A stretch of DNA of 64,000 nucleotides from a virus: positions 16,515 to 80,514 of the IMG/VR virus record IMGVR_UViG_3300025018_000006, one strand, 5' to 3'. Shown piece after piece: positions 38,275 through 47,380 of this stretch; within the stretch, counting starts at the first letter, position 1, and every line of letters begins with the position of its first letter. A program made the position numbers and the translations under genes. The notes beneath the pieces are model-generated. The model had not been told where the DNA came from, searched no databases, and saw only the letters and a program-made list of their open reading frames with translations.

Positions 38275-39268
38275 CCCTTTAATACATTTAAAAATGAATT
38301 TACATTCAATCAAACCTGGTAAAGAAATTAACAAATCCGATGCTCCTGTTATCTTTGAATTTGAAGGTAAAGGACAAGATGTTCAACCAATAAGCCTTGA
38401 CCTGCTTAAAAGTAGTATCCGTAGAGAATCTGGTCTTGCAGGTATTAGAAGTATCCCGGCTCAGTACTGGAATGCTTATAACACAATCTCAAACATGGTC
38501 GAGGAAAGTAAATTGAATTTTCAACATAAAGAAATTTATGTTCAGAACAATTCATCAAAAGCATACCTTACTGATGATGAAAAAGAAGCAGGATTTACTC
38601 AAAAGAATGCTCCTATCAATCGTTGGAGATTTGATAAAATCATATCTACTATTCAGCTTCCAAATATAGTTGCTGATAAAAATATTTCCGATCTGGCTCG
38701 TAATGCTGCCATAGGAATATCTTTAAATAAAGAAGGTTTAAGCATTGCATTTGGAATGAATGTGTATGCCTGTACTAATTTCAATGTTATGGGTGGTACC
38801 ATTATGCATTCCTATGGACAGGGAAGTAGAGATTCAATGCCCTGGGATCTGATGAAGCATAGACTTCAATCATGGATTTCTCAAATTGATCAAATATGGT
38901 CTGTGCAGAATGATATCATGAAAGAAATGATGAATTATCAGTTGCCAGCCATAGGAAATGAAGCCATTGATGAAATTATTGGTGGTCTGTATATTGGTGC
39001 TTTAAAGAACGCTTATTTCAAAGGAGATCCTGTTCCATTTAATACTCATGAGCTAAGTGATTTTGTTCAGGAGTCTATTCGTCAGCAAAGAGTACAGGAA
39101 ACTGTTGCTAATGTCTGGGATTTATACAACTGGGGAACCAGTATCATGAAGCCCGGCCGTATGGATATTGGTGAAATTTCTACCAATTCAAATATGTGGT
39201 CAGACTATCTGATTGATCATTTCAATATTGACGCTCCAAAAGAAATATTTGCGGAGGAGGTTGAATAA
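38264..39268 (+). CDS. DUF932-like protein
   Basis: IAFGMNVYACTN and VWDLYN motifs. Confidence 0.65.
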   Translation: MINNPLIHLKMNLHSIKPGKEINKSDAPVIFEFEGKGQDVQPISLDLLKSSIRRESGLAGIRSIPAQYWNAYNTISNMVEESKLNFQHKEIYVQNNSSKAYLTDDEKEAGFTQKNAPINRWRFDKIISTIQLPNIVADKNISDLARNAAIGISLNKEGLSIAFGMNVYACTNFNVMGGTIMHSYGQGSRDSMPWDLMKHRLQSWISQIDQIWSVQNDIMKEMMNYQLPAIGNEAIDEIIGGLYIGALKNAYFKGDPVPFNTHELSDFVQESIRQQRVQETVANVWDLYNWGTSIMKPGRMDIGEISTNSNMWSDYLIDHFNIDAPKEIFAEEVE

Positions 39269-39552
39269 TGGCTACAAAAAAATGGACTTATCATATTACA
39301 CATAGTTATGAAGATGTTGAGTCGGGGCTTAAAGTAAGCTCCCTTACTCAACTATATCAGACAGGTGTGTATATGATCGTTAATAATGATGCGGCTGCAC
39401 AGTTTAACTTTAAGCCAAGTCAGATGGTTAATCTGGAAAGAAAGCTTATAAAAGCTCAAGATAGTGAATTTATAAAAAATCTTATCTTTGGAAGAAAAAT
39501 AACAGTCATTGAAAATGAAGATGGCCTTTATGAAGATGAAGATAAGAATTAA
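39268..39552 (+). CDS. Hypothetical protein
   Basis: 94 aa, TAATG coupling. Confidence 0.55.
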   Translation: MATKKWTYHITHSYEDVESGLKVSSLTQLYQTGVYMIVNNDAAAQFNFKPSQMVNLERKLIKAQDSEFIKNLIFGRKITVIENEDGLYEDEDKN

Positions 39553-39593
39553 GAAATTATTTTCTTTTTAAATTTTAATAAAAAAAAAGTAAA

Positions 39594-40169
39594 ATGGGAT
39601 TTTTTAGAAAATTAAATGATCTAATTGACGGTTATACCGTTCAATTAATTATCCGAAAGGATAATGATAAAATGATCGTTATGCTTACTCCTAAATTGGA
39701 TGTGAGTAAAGACGATGTACAAAAACAAATTGTTCCTTTGACAATCTCGGGAACCCCGGATCAGCTTGATCAAGGATTTATCCTTGCCGTATCAGATGGA
39801 TTAAGACAAGCTTCTGGACTCCAGAGTAACATTAAGGAATATGAGGCTTCTATTAAAAAAGCTAACACTAAAGCTGCTGATAAAGGTAAGGTAAAGGATA
39901 TTGTTCCACCTGAAAAGAAAGCTGATACAAGTCAAGCAAGTATGTTTGATGATAATGAATCAAAACCGGATACTGAACCAAAAGCAGAATTGGAAGAGAA
40001 AGCTGAAAAGCCTAAAACAAGTTCTATAAAGCCAGGTAAGACAAAGAAGGAAGATCCTCAACCGGGGCTTGAACCTGAGGATACTGAGGAAGAAAAACAG
40101 TTAGGTAATGATTTAAACCAAGATCCACCTTTCGAGGCGGATGACGATTTTGGAGATGACGAATGGTAG
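39594..40169 (+). CDS. PRTRC system protein E
   Basis: FF..L start, PLTISGTPDQLDQGF, charged tail. Confidence 0.8.
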   Translation: MGFFRKLNDLIDGYTVQLIIRKDNDKMIVMLTPKLDVSKDDVQKQIVPLTISGTPDQLDQGFILAVSDGLRQASGLQSNIKEYEASIKKANTKAADKGKVKDIVPPEKKADTSQASMFDDNESKPDTEPKAELEEKAEKPKTSSIKPGKTKKEDPQPGLEPEDTEEEKQLGNDLNQDPPFEADDDFGDDEW

Positions 40170-40381
40170 CATTAAAAGTAGAAACCTTAAATAGGGAATT
40201 TGTTGACGGTAAGACCGGCATGATATTTCCCGATGTGAATCCTGCTTATACAACTGAGCAGGTTAGAGACTTCTTATCTAATCAATATCCTCACCTGGTA
40301 AATGCCAGGATAGAGGGTCCTGATATTCTTAAGACTAAAGTGAAATACACTTTTGTAACAAATGTAGGAACTAAGGGATGA
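40163..40381 (+). CDS. PRTRC system protein C (prokaryotic ubiquitin-like)
   Basis: REF...PDVNP..TTEQVRDFLSNQYPHLVNA.IEGP...VGTKG C-terminus. Confidence 0.88.
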   Translation: MVALKVETLNREFVDGKTGMIFPDVNPAYTTEQVRDFLSNQYPHLVNARIEGPDILKTKVKYTFVTNVGTKG

Positions 40382-40557
40382 CAATGACATTGAAGGATTA
40401 TTGCGACGGGTTGAGGTTATTAAAATCTCAGCCCGTTTCTTTTGAATTGCATTGTGAGTTAGGTCATATCCTCGATGCTGATAATGAACCTATCTCCGAG
40501 ATGGAACACACTGATAAAATCCTCTTAGAACCTGAAGAAATTCCTTTTATATTATGA
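40378..40557 (+). CDS. 59-aa acidic protein inside PRTRC cassette (not in track)
   Basis: ATGA overlaps at both ends; MTMTLKDYCDGL...EEIPFIL. Confidence 0.65.
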   Translation: MTMTLKDYCDGLRLLKSQPVSFELHCELGHILDADNEPISEMEHTDKILLEPEEIPFIL

Positions 40558-41657
40558 AAATAACACTTCCAACACAAAGTTTCTGGACTGTTGCCCAGAA
40601 GGCTGATGTTGATCCTTTATTCCCGGGCAAAAACTCTATGATACAAGCCGTAAAAGATATATCCGAGATAATAGATCCTTCACTTAACGCTAAGCTGACA
40701 GAGCTATTCCTAAAGAAAGGAAGCTTTGCTAAGAAGTTTTCATTATTTCTTACAGCTATTCGTGAATCACTGCAAACACCAATTCAGGGATTTGAAATTG
40801 CTTATGATGGTAGTTATTACATAAAAGCTTACTGCTATCATAATTTGAAGGATCAGCATTTGTATTTATTTCCTCTAAGCTGGCTTCCGCAGATGAGAAA
40901 AGTTAATAAAAAGCTTTTCGAGATTATGATAGCATCTATCGCTTTACTTTATCGTAGAGATGTTACTTGCTTTGAAGAGCAGATGTGGGATGATTATTTG
41001 AGAGAAACTATTCAAGATGATATTGAATATAATAAAGAAACTTATACCAAAGATGAAGTGAGTAAAATAATAAGAGAACTTGCTTTATGGGATGAGTATG
41101 GAAGTAAATATCAGGATATGTTTTACCAAAGAAAATTCTCGGTAGAAAAGCTTGAGAAAATGATCTCAAACTATAAACCAGGCCTTTCTGCAGAACTTAT
41201 TATACTGAACTTTGCTAAAATGCTTCTAAAAGCAATCAAGCAACCTCAGGATATGAGTTACTTTGAAGGAGAATCATTAAATCAGTTTGCAAGATATAAT
41301 GAACTTGAAATGGATGAGGATGATGAACCTCAGTTTCTTGATGGATACCCTCTAACTATAAAATCTAAAATACAATTCTGTTGGTTTGCCGAAGGTAATG
41401 TAAGAGAGCAAATCGTTTCTTATGCATCTGAAACTGCAGATAATTTTGGAGAAGCAGAATATTCAAAGGAATATGAGTGTAGAACTCGTGATGAACTTAA
41501 AGAGGCATACACTAATTTTGTTGATGAGATAGGAAACTTCCCGGAGTATCTTGCAGAAGCTATCGAGTATGCAAATGAGCATGAAGAAGTATTTTATGAT
41601 TATGTAAATCAATGTTTAACACAAACTTTATTTCCAATCCATGAATTTAGAACGTAA
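40554..41657 (+). CDS. PRTRC protein F-like
   Basis: 367-aa acidic helical protein between C and B; called mainly from position. Confidence 0.55.
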   Translation: MKITLPTQSFWTVAQKADVDPLFPGKNSMIQAVKDISEIIDPSLNAKLTELFLKKGSFAKKFSLFLTAIRESLQTPIQGFEIAYDGSYYIKAYCYHNLKDQHLYLFPLSWLPQMRKVNKKLFEIMIASIALLYRRDVTCFEEQMWDDYLRETIQDDIEYNKETYTKDEVSKIIRELALWDEYGSKYQDMFYQRKFSVEKLEKMISNYKPGLSAELIILNFAKMLLKAIKQPQDMSYFEGESLNQFARYNELEMDEDDEPQFLDGYPLTIKSKIQFCWFAEGNVREQIVSYASETADNFGEAEYSKEYECRTRDELKEAYTNFVDEIGNFPEYLAEAIEYANEHEEVFYDYVNQCLTQTLFPIHEFRT

Positions 41658-42360
41658 CGATTTCGTACCGTGCAAAATAATTAAAGTCTATCAACAGCAA
41701 AACAAAGACAATTATTATTTGGAACTGCACAATGTTATTAGAGATAAAAACACCAACAAATTAATGGTTGGAAGTGGAAGACCTCTGCAGAGAAAAACTA
41801 TGGGCCGGCTATTAAGTGCAGTGCATAGTAATGAGGTAAATTCTTATTTCAAAAAACCATTAATAGATATCAGGCTTTTATCTTGTGAACCACTAAAGTA
41901 TAAAAGGCATATATTATGGTATGATAAGCCAATGCTTCATCCAATGATATTTTCAGATAGATTTGGACTTGAAGATGGTAAATATCATTTCCCTGCAATG
42001 CTTTACTTTGTTAGTATGGATACAATAAGATTCTTTGCAATGAAAACCGGAAATAAAAGACCGGTATTAAGCACAAAGCTGTATCATGCACCAATGTTTA
42101 ATACGATAAATGATAATACTATTTGCTGGGGATCAGTAAAGAAAGACACTTCAGGTATTACTGAAATAGATTCTGAAATGGATGCCTGGGATACATTCAT
42201 ATGGCAAAGTAAATTCTCTCATGGCGGTAACGGTGTAACTACAAAGGAAGATTTAGTTAAGATTTTCAAGAAAACTAAAGATGGAAACAGAAAATTTCCT
42301 TTAACAAGCCTTATTGATACAAAGATGGTTTTAGGTGATTTATTTGATAAATATTTATGA
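41641..42360 (+). CDS. PRTRC system protein B (prokaryotic E2 family D)
   Basis: LYHAPMFNT...ICWGS with candidate catalytic Cys; WQSKFSH. Confidence 0.85.
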   Translation: MNLERNDFVPCKIIKVYQQQNKDNYYLELHNVIRDKNTNKLMVGSGRPLQRKTMGRLLSAVHSNEVNSYFKKPLIDIRLLSCEPLKYKRHILWYDKPMLHPMIFSDRFGLEDGKYHFPAMLYFVSMDTIRFFAMKTGNKRPVLSTKLYHAPMFNTINDNTICWGSVKKDTSGITEIDSEMDAWDTFIWQSKFSHGGNGVTTKEDLVKIFKKTKDGNRKFPLTSLIDTKMVLGDLFDKYL

Positions 42361-43154
42361 CAACACATTTTATTGCTCAAAGATTAGCCAGCACTCAGCA
42401 TAAGATTACTTTTAATCTTATAGGGTGCGGAGGAACCGGTAGTCATATTTTAAGTAATTTGGCTATGATGAGTCATTCAATGGTTAAGCTGGGAAGACAG
42501 CCATTCTTTGTAAGGGTATGGGATTCTGATACTGTATCTGAGCATAACATTGGTAGGCAGCTATTCTCTCCTGCTGATGAAGGAAGATTCAAAGCAGAAG
42601 TATTGATAGAAAGGATTAATCGATTCTATGGACTTCAATGGTACAGCATGAATGCTGATTTCCAATTAACAGGATTTCGTGATGATGACCTAAACTCAAA
42701 TATCACTATATCTGCAGTTGATTCTGTTCATTCAAGAAGAATGATTCAGGATGTTGTTCAAAGAAAGGTTAATCCTTATCAACCATATAGAGTACCTTAT
42801 TATTGGTTTGACGTAGGCAATAGCTATAACTCTGGACAGATATTAATGGCAACATTAAGGGATATACCTCAACCTTCCGCCGGCACAAGGAAATCACTTC
42901 CTGACTTTTTTGATGAATTTGGAGATGTTCAAGAAACACCTAATGAACCGAGCTGCTCTACTGCAGAATCATTAGCCAGGCAAGATTTGTTTGTGAATAA
43001 ACTAATGGCAACCTATACAACTCATATGATATGGGATTTTCTTAAAAACTTCCGTATTGCATATCGAGGATTATATGTTAATTTAGAATCTTATAAAGTT
43101 TCACAAATACCAATATATTATGTCAAAAAAGATAGTAAAGCAAACGCAAAGTAA
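42357..43154 (+). CDS. PRTRC ThiF-family E1-like enzyme
   Basis: GCGGTG, DSDTVSEHNIGRQ, AVD, YWFDVGN, PSCSTAESLARQDLFVN. Confidence 0.9.
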   Translation: MTTHFIAQRLASTQHKITFNLIGCGGTGSHILSNLAMMSHSMVKLGRQPFFVRVWDSDTVSEHNIGRQLFSPADEGRFKAEVLIERINRFYGLQWYSMNADFQLTGFRDDDLNSNITISAVDSVHSRRMIQDVVQRKVNPYQPYRVPYYWFDVGNSYNSGQILMATLRDIPQPSAGTRKSLPDFFDEFGDVQETPNEPSCSTAESLARQDLFVNKLMATYTTHMIWDFLKNFRIAYRGLYVNLESYKVSQIPIYYVKKDSKANAK

Positions 43155-43299
43155 AGACTATAAATTAGTCAAAGTAGATGATCGTACATGGATTGAAGTA
43201 ACTGTGGATACTAATGAAGATGTCGCAAGGCATATGTATCTTCAAAGGATAGAAGACTCAAGGAAAAAAGTTATTCAACAAAATCGCAAAAACGATTAA
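43120..43299 (+). CDS. 59-aa protein overlapping ThiF end (not in track)
   Basis: MSKKIVKQ...VKVDDRTWIEV...QNRKND. Confidence 0.5.
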   Translation: MSKKIVKQTQSKDYKLVKVDDRTWIEVTVDTNEDVARHMYLQRIEDSRKKVIQQNRKND

Positions 43300-43355
43300 T
43301 GGATATATTTACAAGCAATTATTTTCTTTTTCGAATTTAAAAAATTTATAAAATC

Positions 43356-43730
43356 ATGAGAAAAAACAAAATTAGTTTAACAGATAGGATACGAATCCTT
43401 CGTAATGTAAATAGTTCTTTAAAGCGTAAAGGGCCTATTCTCATTATGTCTCAGGCTAAAACTGACACCGTATTAATGATGGCAGGAAAGCCTGCAGACC
43501 TTATCCCTCTTTGCGGAGAGGCGATGAGTAAAGATTCGGATATAAAGAAAATTATGAAAGAATCTTTAGAACTTACTGATCAGTTTGAAAGATTTAAAGC
43601 TTCGTTAAAAGGTGACTTAATAAAAAGTCTTTTAGATTTTCTTACAACTGAAGATAAGAAAGAGAAAGGTGATTCACAAACTAAGAAAACTGCTAAAGAA
43701 TCTGAAAAAGATTTAACTAAAGAAAATTAA
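43356..43730 (+). CDS. Hypothetical protein
   Basis: 124-aa ORF. Confidence 0.55.
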   Translation: MRKNKISLTDRIRILRNVNSSLKRKGPILIMSQAKTDTVLMMAGKPADLIPLCGEAMSKDSDIKKIMKESLELTDQFERFKASLKGDLIKSLLDFLTTEDKKEKGDSQTKKTAKESEKDLTKEN

Positions 43731-43746
43731 AAATCCCTGCTTGGGT

Positions 43747-43854
43747 AGGGTGATACCGCTGCTGCACGAAATTATATAACGAAAGTGCCGAGAGGTTGTT
43801 TGCCGACAATCTAAGTCCGTTCGCGAAATAAGTCAAGACGTATCACCCTTTTTT
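43747..43854 (+). ncRNA. Candidate structured RNA
   Basis: AGGGTGATAC/GTATCACCCT closing stem, internal hairpins, 3' T-tract. Confidence 0.45.
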
Positions 43855-43911
43855 ATTGGATGTAATTACATCAGTATATACTTTATTTTAATTTAAAAAT
43901 TGTAATCGATT

Positions 43912-44610
43912 ATGGAAGAATTGAATGTAACCGTAAAAGACGGTGTTTCGAATTTGGATGTTCGTACCGGTGCCGCCGCTCCCATTAGGGAAACGCAAGA
44001 TTTAATAATATCAGGATCATTGAAGGCTCCAGGTGATTTTCTGCAGATAAGAAGACAACAGTTTCCACCATCAGCTTCTCATGTTACTGTTAACGAAGAT
44101 GCTGGAAGAATTACTCTGTTTGGTCTTGATCAAAGTGAAATAGGAAGTATTAAAGTTCATGGAAACCTTACTGTTCATCATGATTTTGAAAGACTTGGAG
44201 TAAATAATACCAGTATTGTTCGCCAGCCTGTTGATTTAGCTAAATGGATTAAGATGAACCGTAGCATATTCGAGTCTAAGGATGTTGCTAATAACTTAAT
44301 CAGTGAATTAAGAAACTTCAAAGCTAAGATCAACAAAGAACTGGAACAAACCAGTGATGATCGTGCTAATTATACTCAAAGACAACAACAAGCTGTTGAG
44401 AGTAATTTGCCCGATACATTTAAGATAAAAGTACCTTTATTTGTTGGTGAGGCTCCTCATACTTTTGTTTGTGAGGTAATTATTGACCCTGATGATTTTA
44501 GTTGTGCATTAATTTCTCCCGATGCTGCTGATCTGGTAAGACGCGAAAAAGCCGCAATGATAGCCGAGCAAGTTGCTCGTTTTGACGGTTACGCGATCAT
44601 ATATCAGTAA
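43912..44610 (+). CDS. Conserved phage protein (DUF2303/YfdQ-like)
   Basis: LPDTFKIKVPLFVG motif. Confidence 0.5.
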   Translation: MEELNVTVKDGVSNLDVRTGAAAPIRETQDLIISGSLKAPGDFLQIRRQQFPPSASHVTVNEDAGRITLFGLDQSEIGSIKVHGNLTVHHDFERLGVNNTSIVRQPVDLAKWIKMNRSIFESKDVANNLISELRNFKAKINKELEQTSDDRANYTQRQQQAVESNLPDTFKIKVPLFVGEAPHTFVCEVIIDPDDFSCALISPDAADLVRREKAAMIAEQVARFDGYAIIYQ

Positions 44611-45060
44611 ATGAAGCAGCAAATGTTTAAAGACAAGTCTCCTGAAGATAGAATTGTAATTCTTCGGGATACTTGTGATAAAGCTGAGGTTTTTAAGTAT
44701 GAAAAAGCCTACACCAATCAAGATGTAGAAATGTTCCGGGAGAGATTGTCGGAGATTATGATTGAAATTGGCAAAATAGAATCGGAATTAGCCAAAGTAA
44801 AGAAAATCTATAGCGACAAAATGAAGCCGCTAAAGAAGGAAATCAATGAACTTTTAAGTAATATTGAGTTCAGATCTCAGGCAGTTGAAGAACAAGTTTA
44901 CATTTTTATTGATCATGAAGCTAATCAAGTTGGGTACTATAATTCCGAGGGCTTACTGGTACATACCAGGATGCTTAAGATTGATGAACATCAACGTTCT
45001 ATAATAGGAGCGTCGCGTGTTCATGATGAGGAATTTATATATGCCGAAGTCGAGTCATAA
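44611..45060 (+). CDS. Coiled-coil hypothetical protein
   Basis: 149 aa. Confidence 0.55.
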   Translation: MKQQMFKDKSPEDRIVILRDTCDKAEVFKYEKAYTNQDVEMFRERLSEIMIEIGKIESELAKVKKIYSDKMKPLKKEINELLSNIEFRSQAVEEQVYIFIDHEANQVGYYNSEGLLVHTRMLKIDEHQRSIIGASRVHDEEFIYAEVES

Positions 45061-45067
45061 CGACAAT

Positions 45068-45097
45068 AGGAGAGTTTAAAAGCTCTCCTTTTTTTTT
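45068..45097 (+). terminator. Intrinsic terminator
   Basis: AGGAGAG/CTCTCCT plus T-tract. Confidence 0.85.
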
Positions 45098-45109
45098 GAA
45101 TCATTATAT

Positions 45110-45520
45110 TTGTATGTTATGACTAAAGAAAATTTGGGCATTGCCCTAACAAAAGAAGCCTGTCCTTTATGCGGAGCATTACAGGATGGCTCAATCGTTA
45201 TCAATACACAATTAACGAAAAGTGAAGCTGAAAAAGTTGAACAACTTCACGGAAAAACTGTTGGTTACTCTAAAGCTCCTTGCGAGGAATGCCAGAATAT
45301 TATGAATCAGGCAATTCTTCTAATTGGAGTTGTAGAAGCGAAAACAGATGATACTAAAAACCCTTATCGCTCCGGAAACAAATGGGGCGTTACAGAAGAT
45401 TTTATTAAAAAAGCCTTTGATCCAGAAATGGCTGAACAAGTCTTGGAAAAAAGAGCATCATCCATCTCAGTTGAGGCAGCTTCGCAGATGGGATTTCCCG
45501 ACTGCAATCTGGATGCTTAG
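45110..45520 (+). CDS. Zn-finger protein (probable start 45119)
   Basis: CPLC and CEEC; TATATTTG promoter element immediately upstream. Confidence 0.6.
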   Translation: MYVMTKENLGIALTKEACPLCGALQDGSIVINTQLTKSEAEKVEQLHGKTVGYSKAPCEECQNIMNQAILLIGVVEAKTDDTKNPYRSGNKWGVTEDFIKKAFDPEMAEQVLEKRASSISVEAASQMGFPDCNLDA

Positions 45521-45540
45521 TATTAATTCAATCAAATCTT

Positions 45541-45987
45541 ATGAAAAAAACAACTTTGACATTATTATTAGTAATGATTTTTGCCATTTCATTTGCCCCG
45601 GTAGGTGAAGCTAAAAATCAAAATGATTGCTCTCATGAGACTAACAAGAGAGTTAATGATTTCAAAGAATTAATTTACGCTATTGGATATGTAGAGACCC
45701 GACTGGATACATTTGCCTATTGCGAAGAAGAAAATGCAGTAGGATATTTCCAAATACGTCAGATTAGAATTGACGATTATAATTGGAGAACCGGAAAGTC
45801 TTACGAATTATCTGAAATGTATGATTATGACAAAGCAGAAGAAGTATTCCTTTATTATGCAAAACGAATTGGTAAAGATCGACCTGACCTTATAGCTAAG
45901 AGATGGAATGGATCGGGTCCAATGACTGTTACTTACTGGGAAAAAGTAAGTGCAGTTTTAAATGAAAATAATCTTCAAAAATTGTAG
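45541..45987 (+). CDS. Secreted lysozyme-like/lytic transglycosylase
   Basis: Signal peptide, AIGYVET, AVGYFQI, AKRWNGSG. Confidence 0.75.
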   Translation: MKKTTLTLLLVMIFAISFAPVGEAKNQNDCSHETNKRVNDFKELIYAIGYVETRLDTFAYCEEENAVGYFQIRQIRIDDYNWRTGKSYELSEMYDYDKAEEVFLYYAKRIGKDRPDLIAKRWNGSGPMTVTYWEKVSAVLNENNLQKL

Positions 45988-46081
45988 ATTTCTCATTAAA
46001 TGTTTTTAACTTTATCAACAATTTATTAATCGAAACAAATGGTATTGGGGATTAGCATTTGTTGATAAACTAAACGAACGA

Positions 46082-46681
46082 ATGGATTTTGCAAGTAAAG
46101 AAGAAGAATATTTCTACTGGTTTCTGCTTGAATTACAATCATTAGGCTTTATTAAGAAGATCATATATCAGCCAAAAGGCTTTGTATTATCACAGCCATT
46201 GGTTGTAGAATTTGCAGAACAAAAAAAAACAAAACAAGTTAAAAAATCAGTTACGTTACTTCAAGAACATGAGTATCGTGCTGATTTTTTATTTTATTGG
46301 GATGAAAGATTGAAGCATAAAATGTATGCTGACTATAATGAAATCTTAAATAAAAGCATAAAGAAATACCCTTTTGTGGTAAACCATTCTGCAGAGAAAG
46401 ATATTTATTTTTCAGTAGTCGATGTAAAGGGTACTTATAACCAAAATGATGCTTGGAGAAGGTTTTCAATAGATCAAAAATGGGTATTCCAGAACTTTGG
46501 AATATATATTCAGAAAATAATCCCGGCCCCGGACTCAAAAGGCTATCCAAAATCAGCTTTATTCTCAAGCGTATTCATGCCTAAAAGATATCAGATTACT
46601 GATAAATCAGGAAAGAAAAGAAAGCTTTCCTTTAAACCTATATTGATAGATCAATGGATGCAAGAAAATAATATTGTATAA
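46082..46681 (+). CDS. DUF1064-like PD-(D/E)XK endonuclease
   Basis: FASKEE, YRADF, VVDVKG. Confidence 0.75.
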   Translation: MDFASKEEEYFYWFLLELQSLGFIKKIIYQPKGFVLSQPLVVEFAEQKKTKQVKKSVTLLQEHEYRADFLFYWDERLKHKMYADYNEILNKSIKKYPFVVNHSAEKDIYFSVVDVKGTYNQNDAWRRFSIDQKWVFQNFGIYIQKIIPAPDSKGYPKSALFSSVFMPKRYQITDKSGKKRKLSFKPILIDQWMQENNIV

Positions 46682-46726
46682 GCAGCCATCAAATTATCCT
46701 TTTTTTTAATCACAAAATTTAAAGAA

Positions 46727-47380
46727 ATGAAAAATATTTTTGTCGAATATCCTAAGCAACCAATAGCTTTTGTAGAGACTATAATGCAAGTTGTAGCTGA
46801 ACAAAGAGGTATTGAAAAAGAGTCTATTAGGCTAAAATCAAGAAAAAAGGAAATAGTTGAAGCCAGGCAATTATGTATGGCATTTACTAAAGTTTTCACA
46901 AGTGCTTCTTTAGCTATAATAGGACTTGAATTGGGCGGTAAAGATCATGCTACTGTTCTTCATGCTTGTAAAACAGTTAAAAACTTAAGAGAAACCGACA
47001 AAGGTTTTAATGGAGAATACGAATCGTTGTATAGTCGTATTGGGCATAAACTGATAGATTATCATGACAATTCATTGGTGTGTTCGCAATGTGGTCATAC
47101 GAATATACTTGTACGAGGATGGGTAGCTCTAAATAATAATAAAACAATTATTAGAGATGATCCTGAGAAAGCTCATACTTACTGTCGTAAATGTGAAGAA
47201 TCCGTTTCCGTAATATTAAGATCAGATTATTTTAAGCTAAACAATATAAATATTGCTGAAGATATAGAAAAACAGGAAATGGAGAATCGAAAGAAAGCGG
47301 TAAAAGAAGCTTTAGAATTTCAGCAAAAAGAATATAAAAAACAGTTATTAAAACTTGAAAAAGAATTTGGAATATCATGA
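46727..47380 (+). CDS. DnaA C-terminal HTH domain plus Zn-ribbon protein
   Basis: SRKKEIVEARQ...SLAIIG...GGKDHATVLHA; CSQC and CRKC. Confidence 0.85.
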   Translation: MKNIFVEYPKQPIAFVETIMQVVAEQRGIEKESIRLKSRKKEIVEARQLCMAFTKVFTSASLAIIGLELGGKDHATVLHACKTVKNLRETDKGFNGEYESLYSRIGHKLIDYHDNSLVCSQCGHTNILVRGWVALNNNKTIIRDDPEKAHTYCRKCEESVSVILRSDYFKLNNINIAEDIEKQEMENRKKAVKEALEFQQKEYKKQLLKLEKEFGIS

